DNA from: the human T2T-CHM13v2.0 reference genome, Homo sapiens
Reading direction: 5' to 3'
DNA: 64,000 bases
Assembly: GCA_009914755.4 (NCBI GenBank)
Contig: CP068257.2
Location: forward strand, 40,096,001-40,160,000
Position 1 is the first letter of the stretch. Every line of letters starts with the position of its first letter. Below are positions 45,697-61,700 of this stretch, piece by piece. Both the position numbers and the translations under genes were made by a program. Under the pieces are notes generated by a model. The model had not been told where the DNA came from, did not search any database, and saw only the letters and a list, made by a program, of their open reading frames with translations.

Positions 45697-48600
45697 TTAT
45701 CAAAAGCTCCCTTCTGCAATCTCAGAGGGTGGGTGAGAGCTTTCCAGGAGCCCCTAAGAGCCGTGTCTGTGCCTCTCCAGGTAGCCCTGCCCCAGGCAGG
45801 GAGGGAGACAGATTCTGGGGCAGAAGCAAGCCTGGAGGCATTAGGAGCAGCACATTTGACGGGCAGGTGAAAGAATCGTACTGTAAGGAAGGAGTTATCC
45901 GGGACAGAACTGCAGAAGAATTAGAATCCACCTTCTGTAAAGCATCATGTTTGCCATGGTGGTTGAGAGCCGGCTGAGCCGGCATAAAGGGAAAAAAACA
46001 AGCCTTCGAGGGTTCAGGTAAAGAGAGACACATGTGAAGACCAGGTCTGCTCCTAGAGAAGTCGGGGAGCAGGTTATGCAACCTGCCAGCTGGGGAGGCT
46101 GGCGGGCAAGTGGCTGCAAGTCCTTTAAAGGGAAACACAGAAACACACCTTCAGAAGCCCTTTAAACTTTAAAGCAAACAAAACACACGCCTCAGAGCCC
46201 CGTCCATCTGGAGTGTTTTGTGATCAGCAGACACTGGCTGGCTGCTTCAAACACATGTGTTCGAGTGAAGGTCTGATAAACACCTCTGCTGGCAGCGCCC
46301 GGGCCCCAAGGAGCACCGGCCACCCAGCTCCTCCAGGAATGCCCTCAACGTCCGCATTCAGGGGAGGCAGGTCTCAGGTCTCCTTCGGGCAAAGGTGACC
46401 TTGGAGCTCACTGGGGAGACTTCACAGACCCCCGGTCTGACCTCTCTCGGGGGCATCCCCTTTCCTGCCAGTGTCCTACCCTCTCCAGTGTAACTCAGTC
46501 CCCTTTGAAGCTGCTGAAAACCGTATGTGGGATGAAGACACAAGTCATCAGCATTAATGGGACTCTTGATCCAGGGGGAGTGCTGCTCTCAACTTTCCTT
46601 CAAGGCATATGGATTTTTTTAAAAACCCTTTTCATTAACTCTTGAGCTCCTCTCAAACACACCCATGGAGTGACAGGAAATGAGGCTGAGTCAGGCCTTA
46701 ATTCTGGGCTGGCCATGCCCATGTGGTGAGCCAATAGGGCTGCTGTCATCAGCACCAAACAGCTGGGAGAATTTATGACCTGTGACTCGGGCTTCCAGGG
46801 ATCCTGAGCACATCTGCAGGGAGGTAGGGGGGAAGGCCTGCGAGCAGGGACCGGCCCTCCTTCTCTGCAGCCAGGAGCACCAGGACAAGGCCTCGACTCC
46901 AGCGGCTCTCATGTCCTCCCACTTCCATTTCTCCCAGGGCCTTCAGGTCTGCACCGCCCTTGAGAGCCACACTCTGCACTCCAGGGAAAGCGCCAGCTCC
47001 CCAGAGGAACGCCATCACCCGACCCTGCAAACCCCGGCGGCTGCTGGACGCTGGGACACAACAACGGGTCCTAACTCTCCAAATAGCTCCAGAGCACAGG
47101 AAGTTTCAGTTCAACAGTCATCAGTGGCTTGAAAGCCTTCAAATTCAGAAATGGGCTGAACAATGAGAACACATGGACAGAGGGAGGGGAACATCACACG
47201 CCGGGCCCTGTCGGTGCGTAGGGGAAGAGGGAAGGGAGAGCATTAGGACAAACACCTAATGCATGCGGGTCTTAAAACCTAGGTGATAACCTAGATGGTG
47301 GATGGGTGCAGCAAACCACCATGGCACATATAAACCTATGTAACAAACTGGCACATTCTGCACATGTATCCCGGAACTAAAAGTAAAATAAAAAATAATA
47401 ATAAAAATAAAGAAAGCATCACATACTTTCTAGGCAATTCCTCCTCCCCCTGTATGGTTGAATGTAGGAAAAAAATATCTCCCTCCCACGGTTAGTTAAG
47501 GATCAGACTCACTGTTCTAATCTTGCCTGTACAAGTTAGTAGCTCCGTGGCCCTGGACTATTAGCCTCTCTGTGCCTGTTTCCTTTTTTCATAAAAGGAG
47601 GCAATAGCAGTACCCATCCTGTAGCTTTGTTGTGAAAATTAAATGACATCTGAGATCATTAAGAAAGAAAAGAAAAGAAAAGAAAAACGACAGGGGTGCA
47701 GAGATCTCAGCCTGGTGCTTCCCCAGGCCTGCAGCCTTTTCTCCTCCTGTCTTTGTCAGATAGAGCCAGCCACTCCAAACTATACTTGGTGAAAAGAAAA
47801 CGAGCAGAAATTCTCTGTAAAACCTCTGGCAACAAAATGCAAGCTCGGAATTGAGAATTCTAGGAGGGTCACTGACCCTCTATGTTCTCCTCCCTCCATG
47901 TCTCGGACTCCTGGCCGGCTGCATTTCCCCTCCGCCTTTCCTCATCTTCCCACCCAAGCTGCCCCTCACCCCGTGTCCTCAACAGCGAGCTACTGTGGCA
48001 TCCACTCTGACCAGCAAATGCTTCAAGAGTTACAAACACTCTCATCAGCACCCGACTCTGCATCTCCAAGAGCTGAGGGCTCACAGCTGCCCCCAAGCAC
48101 ATGGCCCTTCAACTTCAAGGTCCAGCTGTCAAGACTAAGAAAGCAGCCTGCCGGGGTTTTGCTGCCTCTAAAAGAAAGACACAGCAGAACGTGACCCGCG
48201 TGTGACCCTTTGAAAAGCGTCTGTTTTGGGCTAACTGGACATATAAATGCAGCCTGAGATTTTAAACCAAGTTATTTCATTTTTAAGTTGAAATTGATTC
48301 CAACTAGTATCTTAATATTGGTATTTAGTATATGTAATGTTGAATAATATCAAGCATTAATTTGATACTATTACTTTGTATACTATTTACATTTATCTGC
48401 TTCATGAAGTAGACAGTTGCTGTGATATTTCCAGTTTGAATCGAGCCCTGAGCACTGAGGGAGCCCATCTCAGAGGCGAATGGCAGCACTGGAATGGCAA
48501 CTTAGGATCTAATTGCAGGATTCTGGATTACAGTTTTCCTGCATTGAATAACTGTCTACTGACGACTGCCCAGAAGCCCAGTGGTCAGTCCATGCAAAGC

Positions 48601-50915
48601 TTCCACACTTCGTCTTCAGGAACAAAGGCGCTGACTCTCAGAACCCCGACACACACTCCCTGCTGCCCTCTACGCACACCAGTAGCTATTTCACAGAAAA
48701 AATAAGTATGTCACGTAAAGGTATTTTTCGGTTTGTTTTTGGGCTTCTTGATGGTGACTAACATGCCTGATTAAGAAGGACGCCACACAAAAGCAATCTT
48801 TCCTGCGGCCTGTCAGGGTACACAGGGCCCTAAGATGTCCCAGGGGCACCACACAGAGATGTCCTGTCACTTCCTGGCCAGCACCCAGCGTGCCTTCGAC
48901 AGCAGCCTCCCTGAGAAAGCAGTTCCAGGCAGCATCCGCCCCCTGCAGCTGTCCTGAAAGACAGGGAAGCCCTGCTGCCTGCTGCCCCTGCAGGAAGGCC
49001 CAGAGCTCTCTGCGTCTCTTGGGCTGTTTCCTTCACCTAAAGGCTCTGCTGCTGCCTGCCCCGACTCCTGAGGGCAGAAAAGCCCCACCCTGTGTGAAGG
49101 CCCAGCCCCAGGAGCACTCCCACCCCCTCCCACAGGGCCGCCTCTAGGCCCAGCCTGCGGGCCACACACCCTGCCCCCAAGTGACTGCTACGTGCAGTGG
49201 TCATTTGGTTTCTTTCATGTCAAGCACAGTGGCAGGCCAGGTGGAAATCAAGGTCTCTGCTCCGTGACTTACAGCTGGACGATCCTGGCTGCTAATTTAC
49301 TCACTCTAAGCAGAGACTCAGCGAGAACCAGAGGCCACCGTCCACTCTGCACCTCTGCTCTGAGGATGAGGGCAGCTCCCGCAGGTGAAGCCTCTAGCAT
49401 GTCCTTTCCGGTATTCAGTGCACGTTGGACGGCAGAGCTTACTAGTCATTAGGGCCCCAGAGCCTGTGCTACCTAGAAACAAGCCCGTAAATGTTGGCGG
49501 GAATGGGGGGTCCGCATGTGAGGCCCAGCCCTGCCCATCACAGGAAACGGGAATCCCAGGGGTCCCAGAACATAAGCAGATGCGGGAAACCACCAGAGAG
49601 CCCGTTCAAGCCAAGTCATTTGATTTTTGTCTCCATTATCTCAATTTCCTACTTCACTTCGCAGGACGGTGCTTCATCTTCTAGCTGAAATCTTATTACT
49701 GCGCAACACCTACCTAAGAGACAACTTATAATTACTGCCCGAAGTGAAAAATTGACCTCCTCACCACCGCCCTGGCTGAGCAAGGCACGCGAGATGCACT
49801 CGTCCGCAGAGTCTGGGCACAGGGAGCGGCCGTGCGCATGCCATACGAGCCACCGCTCCCGTCCCACCCAAGAGCTCAGGGGCAGGGCCGGGCCCTGAAT
49901 TCAGGTCTCTCCTAATTAATGGTCAGGCCATCAGAGAGGCCTGGAAGTGCTGTGCCACCAGGAACAGTAGCACAGCCAAGCCAGGCAGGGGACTCCTCTG
50001 CTTGTCCCCTGCATGAACTACATGGATCCGGACCATGGCTCTCGGCTCCTTCTCACTCCCAGGGCAGACACCAGTGTCATGTGGACCAGCCTATCACCCT
50101 GGGCCTCCCAAGAGCATGTGAACATCACCACGTGGGGAAAAACTACAACGCGCCAGGTGTAACCACCACATGTCAACGACAGTACAACCCTAGCCACGAA
50201 GGCCATCAAAGGAGATACAAGGAAATACAGCCCTGATGCAAAGGTGATGATGCTAACACCTGCCAAGGCCCAGAGGCAACACTGGTTTTCAGTTACATTA
50301 TCTCTCTTACTTTTCTGTGTTTCAAAAACCTATCAGCGAAGCAAAAGCAAGCTCCATCTCCCAGGCGTTGCACTAACGCAACACGCTGCCACTCCGCACT
50401 CTACGCAGGGGCAGACAGAGGCAACGAGCCCCTCCTCACAAGCCTCTTTCCACAGCACTTTGAGGACCCCACTGCAGAGGACCCCCACATTCCCACCACC
50501 CCGAGCTCCTGAAAACACTGAGGGAAATGCGTCCCTTTGTTGCAGAGCCTGAGGTCTCGCAAGGACACACCTGGCCCACGGGCTGAATTCTAACCTGATT
50601 TCATAAGACCAAAACCCACAAACCCGTAATCTTTTTCCGGAATGAGTCATATGCCAAGATTTGGGGGAACAGCCCCCATGTTCACCAAGCTACCCTCCAG
50701 CTACATGGCGTGTGGTTTTCATACCAACCAGGACAAGCTTAGGCTCCTGGAGTCCTCATGCTGCAAAAGGCCTCGGTTTCAAGCTCTTTCCTCCAAGAAG
50801 AACCACCTCCTCTTCTGCCCTTGTCCTGACCTCAGGGCTTGACCCCTTGATACCCTGCTCCCCAAGACACAGGCCCTCCCTGCCCAGCTCTCTCGGGCAC
50901 CGTGCGGCCCCCCAC

Positions 50916-51207
50916 CTTGACGTGGTAGTGGGCATCCAGCAGGATGTTCGCGGGCTTGAGGTCCAGGTGCAGGAGTGGCGGGGCCATGCAGTGCAGGAAG
51001 TTCATGCCCACCGCCGTCTCGTGGATGATTCGGAACCGGAGATCCCATGGCAATGGCTCCGAAGCCAGCAGCTTTTCCAGGGAGCCCGTCTCCATGTACT
51101 CCATGACCAGGCCGACAGGTTCGCGGCAGATGCCATACACAGGCAGGATGTAGCGAAACTTGGCCATCTCCATCTTCTTGGCTTCTTCCAAAAGCTCCAT
51201 GCGCTCC
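50916..51207 (-). CDS. RIPK4: RIPK4 coding exon 2 (Arg61 to Lys158; catalytic loop [11 protein letters not shown])
   Basis: Acceptor ctttttcag|G at 51210-51208 and donor AAG|gtgggg at 50915. Phase 2 carried from exon 1 completes AGG (Arg). The length of 292 nt gives exon1+exon2 = 474 nt, ending on a codon boundary. Confidence 0.92.
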
Positions 51208-51541
51208 CTGAAAAAGTTCAAAGGCATGAAGAATACGCAATGGTCACTCAGCCACAAACATGGAACAGCACCCTGGCCAGAAGACGACCAGCTCCAGAGG
51301 GCTGAGCAAATGCCTCAAGTGCACACACATGGGGCACACTTCAATGTCACATCATGAATGCAGGGCTTTCCAGAGTCTCAGTCCTGAGGCTGCTGAAATG
51401 TACCTATGCATCACAGGGTTATCACAAGTGAGGAGGAGGGAAATTCTAATCGTTTTACAGGTAGCACTGATAACACATGTGGGGGGTCCACGTGTGTGAA
51501 TAATTCCACAGGCAGCCATGAGCCAAGGCTTGGGGGTCTCA

Positions 51542-53060
<1,519 letters not shown>

Positions 53061-53444
53061 GAAGAAAGTCTCACTCATTCATTTAAACACTGGCTGTGGC
53101 TGCTTTTGCACTTCAAAGGGGAGAGGAGTCCTTGCAACAGAGGCCCTGCGGCCTGCAAAGCCTAAAATGTTGCCTCTCTAGGCCTTCGTGGAGAAAGCTG
53201 ACCAACCTCTGGTCTAAGGTCACTTCCCTGGTGCAGCCTGTGTTTTCACAGACTAGAATCCCAGTGCAATGGTCTGTATTGGCATCATGGGTCAAAAGTC
53301 TCAGAATGCGTTCAGAGTAAGAGGCTGAATCCCACGGACGCACGCTGGCCATGCAGGATCGAGATCAGCAGCCCCAAACACAGACATGGTAGAAAGCACC
53401 CAGGAAGCTGGCTGGAATGCTGGTTCCCAGGCCTCACTCCTTGA

Positions 53445-53775
<331 letters not shown>

Positions 53776-56700
53776 AATCTGCTTTCTAATAATATAATAA
53801 GCTCCCTAAAGGAAATGTTCAGAACCACACTAGGAGAGATCCGACCTCCTATAGCAGGAAACCCAGCAGCTCCATGTCCACACACAGGCCACGCAAGGCA
53901 GCTGGCTGGGGTGGCCTCCAGACAATTCCCCCAGAATCCAGCGTCCAGCCCAAGTCCCTGCCTATAACCCAGTGTCCGCTGCCACAGCAGGGGGCTCTTC
54001 TGGAGCTCGGACACAGGCCTGCTCCTCCCAGTGACAAACCCGGGAGCAGGTGCTGGGAAATCACTCAGTGGCTCCCATTTCCTCGCCTGCTGGTGAATCC
54101 AAAACAGTGCCAACAGAACGCATCCATTTCTTAATGATCTGACCGCCCCTGCGAGAGTTCAGCCCCTCCTAGGCTTCCCTTACCATAGTGAAAACACTTT
54201 CCCTGCAGGAAAGGCCAGCAGGAACCCCTGGATCCTACTGTTTAGCTCTTGCTGTGGAAATTCCCATACATCGGACAGGTACCAAAGGCTCGGAGATCTC
54301 AGCCTGTCTGCCCCCCAACAATGCAAGCCCTGCAGCTAGGGCTCTGCGTCTCAGGACATAGCCCACTGGTTCTCAATTAGAGGCAACTTCACCCCCCAAG
54401 AAACACTGGGCAATGTCTGGAGAGATTCTGGTTGTCACAACTAAAGGATGCTACTGAACATCCTACAATGCATAAGACAGCCCCAAGGCTAAGAATTACT
54501 CAGCCCCAAATGCCAACGGTGCCAAGTTGAATAACCCCGATGTAAATCAAGTGAGTGCATTTTCAGCCAATAAACTACTACTGTCCAGAATCACCACTTC
54601 AGTATTCCCAGCACTCACCTGACCTATATTTTAAGCAGTTCTGTGTATTGGCAAGTGCTCGCTTGAATCCACCATATGTCAGAACTAAGGACAAGAGGTC
54701 CCTTTCCCGCCTTCATGGTGTTTACGTGTACCCTCTAAGGAAGAAGATGGCGAACTACCCCCAAAAGAGAAGTGTGGTTGAAAAATCTAAGCCTCTTGAA
54801 AGGAAGGTCCAGGGAGCTATGGAGAATCAAGAGAGATCCAAAGTCAGAAGTCAGCATAGGAAAGGGCCCCTGAGAGAATCGGGAAGGCTGAGACCTGCGC
54901 AGAGTCCAGGGGCACCCGGGAGGCCAGCAGAGCGGAGCAGTCGCTGTGGATCCCCTTGGGCTTGGCAAAGCAGAGAGGGGAAGCCAGCAGAGCACACACA
55001 CTCTGTTGGAAGAATCTGCAGGATGGGTCCATTGACTGCATGTGGAGGGGAGAAGCTTGCAGGACCTCTCTGGAGCTGCACCAGGGGTCACTAGGCAGCT
55101 CTCTACGGTGGACGCGGGAGCACCCCAGGAGGAGCAGCTGGGGGGTGTGGGGGGTGGGCAGGTCGAGTGTGTCTGAATACACTCAAGGAGCAAAGAATCC
55201 CACTGGCCTTGGGAACAAGTGAAGCAAGTATCAGGAATGAACGTGAAATTATTATGAGACAAAACTTAGGGGAGCACGGCCTGCTTTCCTAGCGCTCTGG
55301 TTAAATGACCAACTAATGGAAAACAAGATGCCCACCAGTGTGCAGTGCTAGCCTGTGGGGGTCCCTGGGCTGAGCTGAAAGCTGCCCCATCACCAGCATA
55401 CCATCGGCTGCTTCCTCCCTCTCCAGGGGAAATCCCTCTCCCTGCAGCCACAGGCTTGGGCCAGGCTCTGGGACCCATCAAGGGATGGGGGGTGCAGATC
55501 AGATCGTGGGACTCTCAACCCTGTCCCCAGTCTCAGTGAGCATTGGGAAAAAAGGAAGACGAGGACCTGATGCCAACGTCAAGCATCAGCTAAAATGAAA
55601 CCGGTCACCAAAGAAGGAAAATGACACCTCTCAGCTCCCAGCCTTTCTCCTCCTCTGGGAACACCGGTTGGCTGAGGCCCTCATTTGTTATTTAAAGGAA
55701 TACCAGCACAACTTCCAACCCGGCAACTGCCACTAACTTCCAAACCATCGGACTGGGACATGGTACCAGCTGCTGCTTCTCTTTTATGTCTTGTTAAGAA
55801 TCAGAGTTATGATTTGTCTGTTTCCGATTGCTCAAATGTGGCCAGCTTGCCGCCCCTCCCCTACCAGTGTGGCCTCCCTCCTCCGGACACTCTGCCCCGG
55901 GGCGCTGGCGAAAGTCCTTCCGTAGGACTCAGACCCACATCCACTGTGCAACCGTGTGAGGCACACCCTCCTCGCCGGAGGGTTTTGAGGAAATGACAAT
56001 TCGGGTGTTTAGAGGCCAGCCATTCGCAAGGGTCATTTTTCCACATTAAGTAGACATTCTGAGAGTGAACTCTCTAAGCCAAAGCTGACTGATAATAAAC
56101 ACGTATTCTGAGAACAATGTCAATCAAAGGAAGGCTGAGTAGCTTATTAAGTGGAAGCTCTGAGCCACTCCACAAATAGTGTTTTCTTTTATTTGCCCAA
56201 AGGGCTTAATACATAAAACCCCGGTGACTTCTGATTGCAGAGTGAGCTCATTGGCGACTCTAACAGCTACGGGCTGGCAGCAGTGCACACCCCTCCCCAG
56301 CGCACCGAGTTCAGCAAGTACTTTACTCTCCCTGCCCCGGGCTCTTTCTGCAGAACGGAGACCCCATTTACCTTACTTTAAAAGAAACAACAAACAAACA
56401 AAAAAGGGCCACTGCTGCTAGTTGGCTCCTGAAAGCGGATCCCGGCTAGAATCTCCTAACGGAGTCCACCCCAGCTTTGCGCAACTGCCTGAAGGGAGCC
56501 CGGCACGACTTCCCCCTTCCATGGGCCACACATTTGAGGGCATTTTCTCGAGGAAAATCAGCTGTCCTGGAAAAAAAAAGTCATTGTTTCCGTGGACAAA
56601 AGTGTTGTGACAGCATGATCCAAACTGGCTTGGGGTAGACAGGATTCCAGCTGAGGAAGGGGGTCCCGGGACCGCCCTGTGGGAGATCTGAGGCCCAGGA

Positions 56701-59700
56701 GTGGGGGTGGGGCGGCTCCCTTGCCTACCAGCCTGGATTTCGCTCAGAAGCACCAGCATGTCCTCAGAAACTTTCCACACTGTTTACCATCCAGTAACCA
56801 CTGGGCCAAAACCCACACGACCCCGCCTTCCAGCCCCTCTCCAGGTGCTCCCTAGGCGCACATCTGGGAAACTCCAGCGGCTTTAGGAAGCTCCAGCCCT
56901 TCTGGGGTCGGGTGTCGCCCGGCGGCATTTGCAATTCAATAAGCCTGAAAGGGCCTCTTTGCAACAAGCTGCAAGAAGAGGCTTTTCTGATCAGGGAGGT
57001 TAAGAAGTGCTCAGGTACTCGAAGCACAGAAAGAACCCACCAATTGCTTTTGAGCAATGGCACTATTTTTTTTAATACATTTTTTTCTCCTAAGCAGTGT
57101 TTCTGGCTTATTTTAATGATTCTGGCTTATTCTGATGACCACACAAAAGGAACTGTAGATTTATTACTATTATCATTATTTTAACACGTGGAGAGATGCC
57201 GAATCCAGCCTAGGTGCTGGGGTGGCGGCCAGGGAGCACAGAACATCACACAGTCACATTCGCACCGTCTCCAAATCGCATTTCTTACTGTTGACAGTGA
57301 AGTCAACGTTTCTGGGTTGACCAGAAGCCCCTCTCGTCGGTGTTAATTAAAACACAACCTAAAAACTGTGCCTTGCTCCAAGCGCAGCTACGCTTAGGCA
57401 CAGTTCAGAGGGGGTGGCATCCTATTCCCCTCTCCTTCGCTGCTGGTGAAAGCGTTGCTAATTCTGCTTCCACGCAGGAACGGGAAAAGCCCCCCCTCCC
57501 CCGCAAAAGTGTCCTGGGTCCTGTTTTGGGTTCCACATGAAAAATCTCTGGGCATTAATTAGGATTAACTTGGGGTTCAACTTTTTAAAGATACGGTGAG
57601 TAGCACTTAGATGAATTCGGTTTTCTCCTCATTTAGGGCTAGCCAAAGTGTATTTCGCCCTCCCAGGGAGGCCAATGGAGTAGCGAGAAATACGAGAAAT
57701 ATCATCACACCAATCATCTCTAAAAGGAACTTCTAAAGAAGTCCCAAGGTTCTTCTCCAGGCTCAGAAATTCCAAAGACCTGTGGACCAGGCCAGCTGCG
57801 GTTTCCCCTGCAAGCACGCATCCTGGAAAGGGGGAAAGAACTGCCCCGGGACATGGTCTTGTGCAAGCGGAGAAGCAATAAACGAAGGGAAAAGTGAGAA
57901 GCAGGGAGGTGGGGGAGACGGTGAGACCGCTCAGGTAACAAAGAGCTCCGAAGGAGAAACCTAGCAACTACCTTCGGGAAAATGCAGCCGGAAAATGTGT
58001 TTCATCATCTGTTAGCTGATGCCTCTCAGCGAGGCCTTCTGCACACCAATCCAATTATGTTCCCAGGGAGCCTCGGAGGGGTTCCCACACGGCTATTTTT
58101 AAAACTGACAAGAAACGGGCTTGTCCAATCGTCAGCTCTGTTGTTACAAACCTGGGGTTTGCTCAGGCTCGCCCCGACCAGCCAGGGCTGAATGTGGCAG
58201 GAGCGTCTCCCAGCCGGCGCCCCGCAGGCACTGGCTTCTTCTGAGCATCCCCTTAGCTGGGGGCTGGTAGGGGAGGAACGGGGCCTTTGGGATCACTTTA
58301 TTCTCTCCAAACTGGTCACAGCACCCATCCCTACACCCCACCCTAGGCCCTGTGACCCCCACAATGAGGGTCAGCCAGGGAGGCCAGCTGCCTCTCCAAA
58401 GCCACCCCACAGGACCCTCCGAGGCACCGAGCCCCATGATGAAGGTAATCTCAGATCAATGGGGTGTCACCTGTGAACTCCCAGGAGGGCCCCCTGGCAG
58501 GCACTTCCTGTCCCTGGGAGCCTCGCTAAGTGTCTGGGGGCTGGGCGGCCCCCCAACCTTTCCTGCACAGAAAAGCAAGCTCACATGGCCTGGCGCAGCC
58601 TGCTCATCAAACAAGCCCCGAGCAGGTGCTGTGGCCAAGGGCCGGCTGAAGGCCTGGCCCAGGGGAGCTGCAGGGAGCCAGGAGACCCCAGACCACCTTG
58701 AGAGGCAAGCAGCGTTGGCCAGTGAAAATCAGCCTCACCTGCACCTGTACCTGTGGTGGCTCCTATGTAACAAGTGGACTAGACCATCACTGACCCCCAG
58801 CAGCCTGGAAGAGGCCCAGACCCGTGTGTCAGGGGTGAGAGGGGCTGTCCCTCCGAGAAGAGAAGCAAGACTTAGGCAGAAGGGGTACAGGGCCGGGGGC
58901 TGCACACAAAGACCCTAGGAGAATCCTATGCCCCAATTCAGGGAACATCTTGCAAATATGAGGGGCTGGGGTGGGAGGCAGCTCGTCAGAAAAGCACTGA
59001 GAAATGTGGCAGGGCAAGTGGCACAGCGACTACTTCAAGGCCTAGGTACAACCTTGTGAGACTGCAATGCAACCAGCTCCTGGAGCACAGTGGGACTGAT
59101 GTACATTCCTAACAAGAACCTCAGGCTCAATACAGTCAATAATTAACCTAAAGGAATCAGCTTCACAAAGAGCCAGGGTTTGACCAACTTCTCAGAAAGA
59201 TCAGCCACTGCTGCACATGGCAAAGCCCCAACCTACTCTACCAGGCCCAGCAGAGCACAGGAGGTGAAATGCTTCCTGCTAGGCGATGCTGACCTCGACC
59301 TAGCCACCTGACATGCCACCACCTGTCTGCTTTGGGCAGGGTAGGAAAGGCTTCCAGTTAAAGTACAAAACACTTTTCAACCAAGCTATGCAATATCCTA
59401 AGTGATCCACCTTAAGTGGAGAAAGCCTCCCTCCAACCAGGCCACCCAAGAAATAAGGGACTGGTCGCTAGAAATAACAGAAGATCCTAAGGATGTGAGC
59501 TGGTGAGTCAGTCCAGGTAGGTGCTTGTTTACTTTGCTCTTCCAATATAAGAAAGTGGTGTGAAAATTTTCGCTGATGATTAAAGCTCACACACATCCCC
59601 AAGAGATAAAACGAATGCCCCTATGGAGAGGGTTCCCTTTCAGAACCTAACCACTGGCTGGTATTCAAAGTGGTTTGGATTTCATCAAAATAACCACAGC

Positions 59701-61245
59701 ACCCCTCCTGGCCTGAGAAGTTCCCAGAATCTGAGGCAGGGGAGAAAAAGTGCACAGCCTGGGCCAGCATCTCACCTTTGAACTAGTGGTGATTTGATGA
59801 CACTCGTCACCACTCTACTGGTGTTTCCAAGAAACACTGGATTTGAGGGTTACGGCAAAAAGCCACCACTATCTCTGCTGTGTAGTCTCCTAGCCAAGGA
59901 CGAAAATGCAAAGGGAGAGGACAGGCCTCTCATCCACAGAGGCGTCACAGTCACGGTATGGGGCTGCAGCACGCACTGCCACCCCAGACACCGGCATCAC
60001 AACGATTCTGCAGAAAAGCTGGGGCTTAGCGGCCCCATCACTCAATCAGCCGAGCATTCGAAACCAGGTCTGCCAGGCAGCAAAGGCTAAATGGTATTTT
60101 AAAAAGGTGTCGCTTCTGAGTGTATGTGTTCAAGGAATCTCTAGGTAAAATACAAGCATAGCTTCCATGTAGAAGGTAAGCTTCATTAAAGGATAAATAA
60201 TTAAAACGTGCTAAATTGAGCCTTACATATGAACCATCAAAATCAACTGTAAACAGTGAAATCTACAACAACAAAGAGGTACTGTTCAAGAACATTCTCC
60301 CTACCTCTCAAATTATGCACAGACGACAACCGACCCACCGAATTTAACACGGGCGGCTCTGCGTCCTTCCCATTCGTCTTTGTTACCTTGAACACTCCTG
60401 CTAGGTAGGTACAGGCAGGTTCCATTCTGACTTTTGGACTGGGAAACTGGGGTGCAGGAGGGCCCCATGGCACGGCCACAGAACTTGAATGCAAGGCCCT
60501 TCCCTAGCGGGTCGGTCTCGAAATTAAGTCAGCTAAAACGAGAGTGTGCGGCGAGGAAGCGCTGGGCGGACGGATCAACACCCCGGGCCCCGTGCCGGAC
60601 CCCACTGCCAGGCCCGAGCCCCGGAGCTCCACCGCGCAAGCGCCGGGCGCCCGGGAAGCCTCGCCCGAGCCAAGCCGAAGCTTCCGACCGAAATAATTAC
60701 AGTCTTACACCAATTTGTGTTCCAACGTAAATTACTAAGTAAGTCGAACGGAGGCTAACTCCACTCACAAAGCCCAGAGGCCCACATGGCAATTTTTCTA
60801 AGCCCTGCGCAGACCGCAGCGCCCCGGTGGGTCCCGGGCGGGCCGGACGCGCCTCCCAAGGGCGCGGGTCCGAGGCGCAAGGCGAGCTGGAGACCCCGAA
60901 AACCAGGGCCACTCGGGGAGTGTCAGGAAGCACGACTGGGCGCCTTAGGACGTCCGGGCAGACGCGGCCCCCGAGGAGCCCCAGAGGAGCCCCAGAGGAG
61001 CCGCCTGACCCGGCCCCGACGTGCGCGATCGAGCCCGGGCTCGCCAAAGCCCCCGCGCCCCTCCGGCCCGGACAGGCCGAGTGGACATTGTCGGAGCCCC
61101 GCGGCCTCGCCGGCAATTGGTTTCCCCCCCGAAGCTGCTCCGGGGGTGAGTTCGGGAGAGAGAGGCAGGACCCCGGGACCAGAGCACCCCGACCCCGACC
61201 CCAGCCCGGGCCCCAGCCGCCCCAGCGCCCCGCCCGGGCCGCTCA

Positions 61246-61437
<192 letters not shown>

Positions 61438-61439
61438 CT

Positions 61440-61700
61440 AGCCAGCGCCGCGGCGGCTGCCCAGGTGCCCAGGTGCGCGCTCCGCCCTGTTACGTCACTT
61501 CCGTAGGTCGTCCCGCCCCCAGGCCCCGCCCACTTACCCGCCCCCCGGGCGCCCTCTCTGCCAGCGCCCGGTGACTGCGGACGGATGAATAGACGCTGCG
61601 GGTCACTGCGCTCTCCCCTGGGTGAGCAGAGCTTCTCACGCTTCTCACGGGTCTCGACGTGCGCATCAGCTGCCCTGCTTTTCTTTGCTTTTTTTTTTTC
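61440..61700 (-). promoter_or_regulatory. RIPK4: RIPK4 core promoter and 5'UTR region, TATA-less, with GC boxes and a CRE/ETS-like element
   Basis: Immediately upstream of the ATG on the transcript strand there are three Sp1-type GC boxes (plus-strand 61513-61520, 61524-61531, 61538-61546) and GGAAGTGACGTAA (plus ttacgtca at 61490-61497 with an adjacent ggaa). No TATA box is present, and the region is CpG dense. Confidence 0.6.
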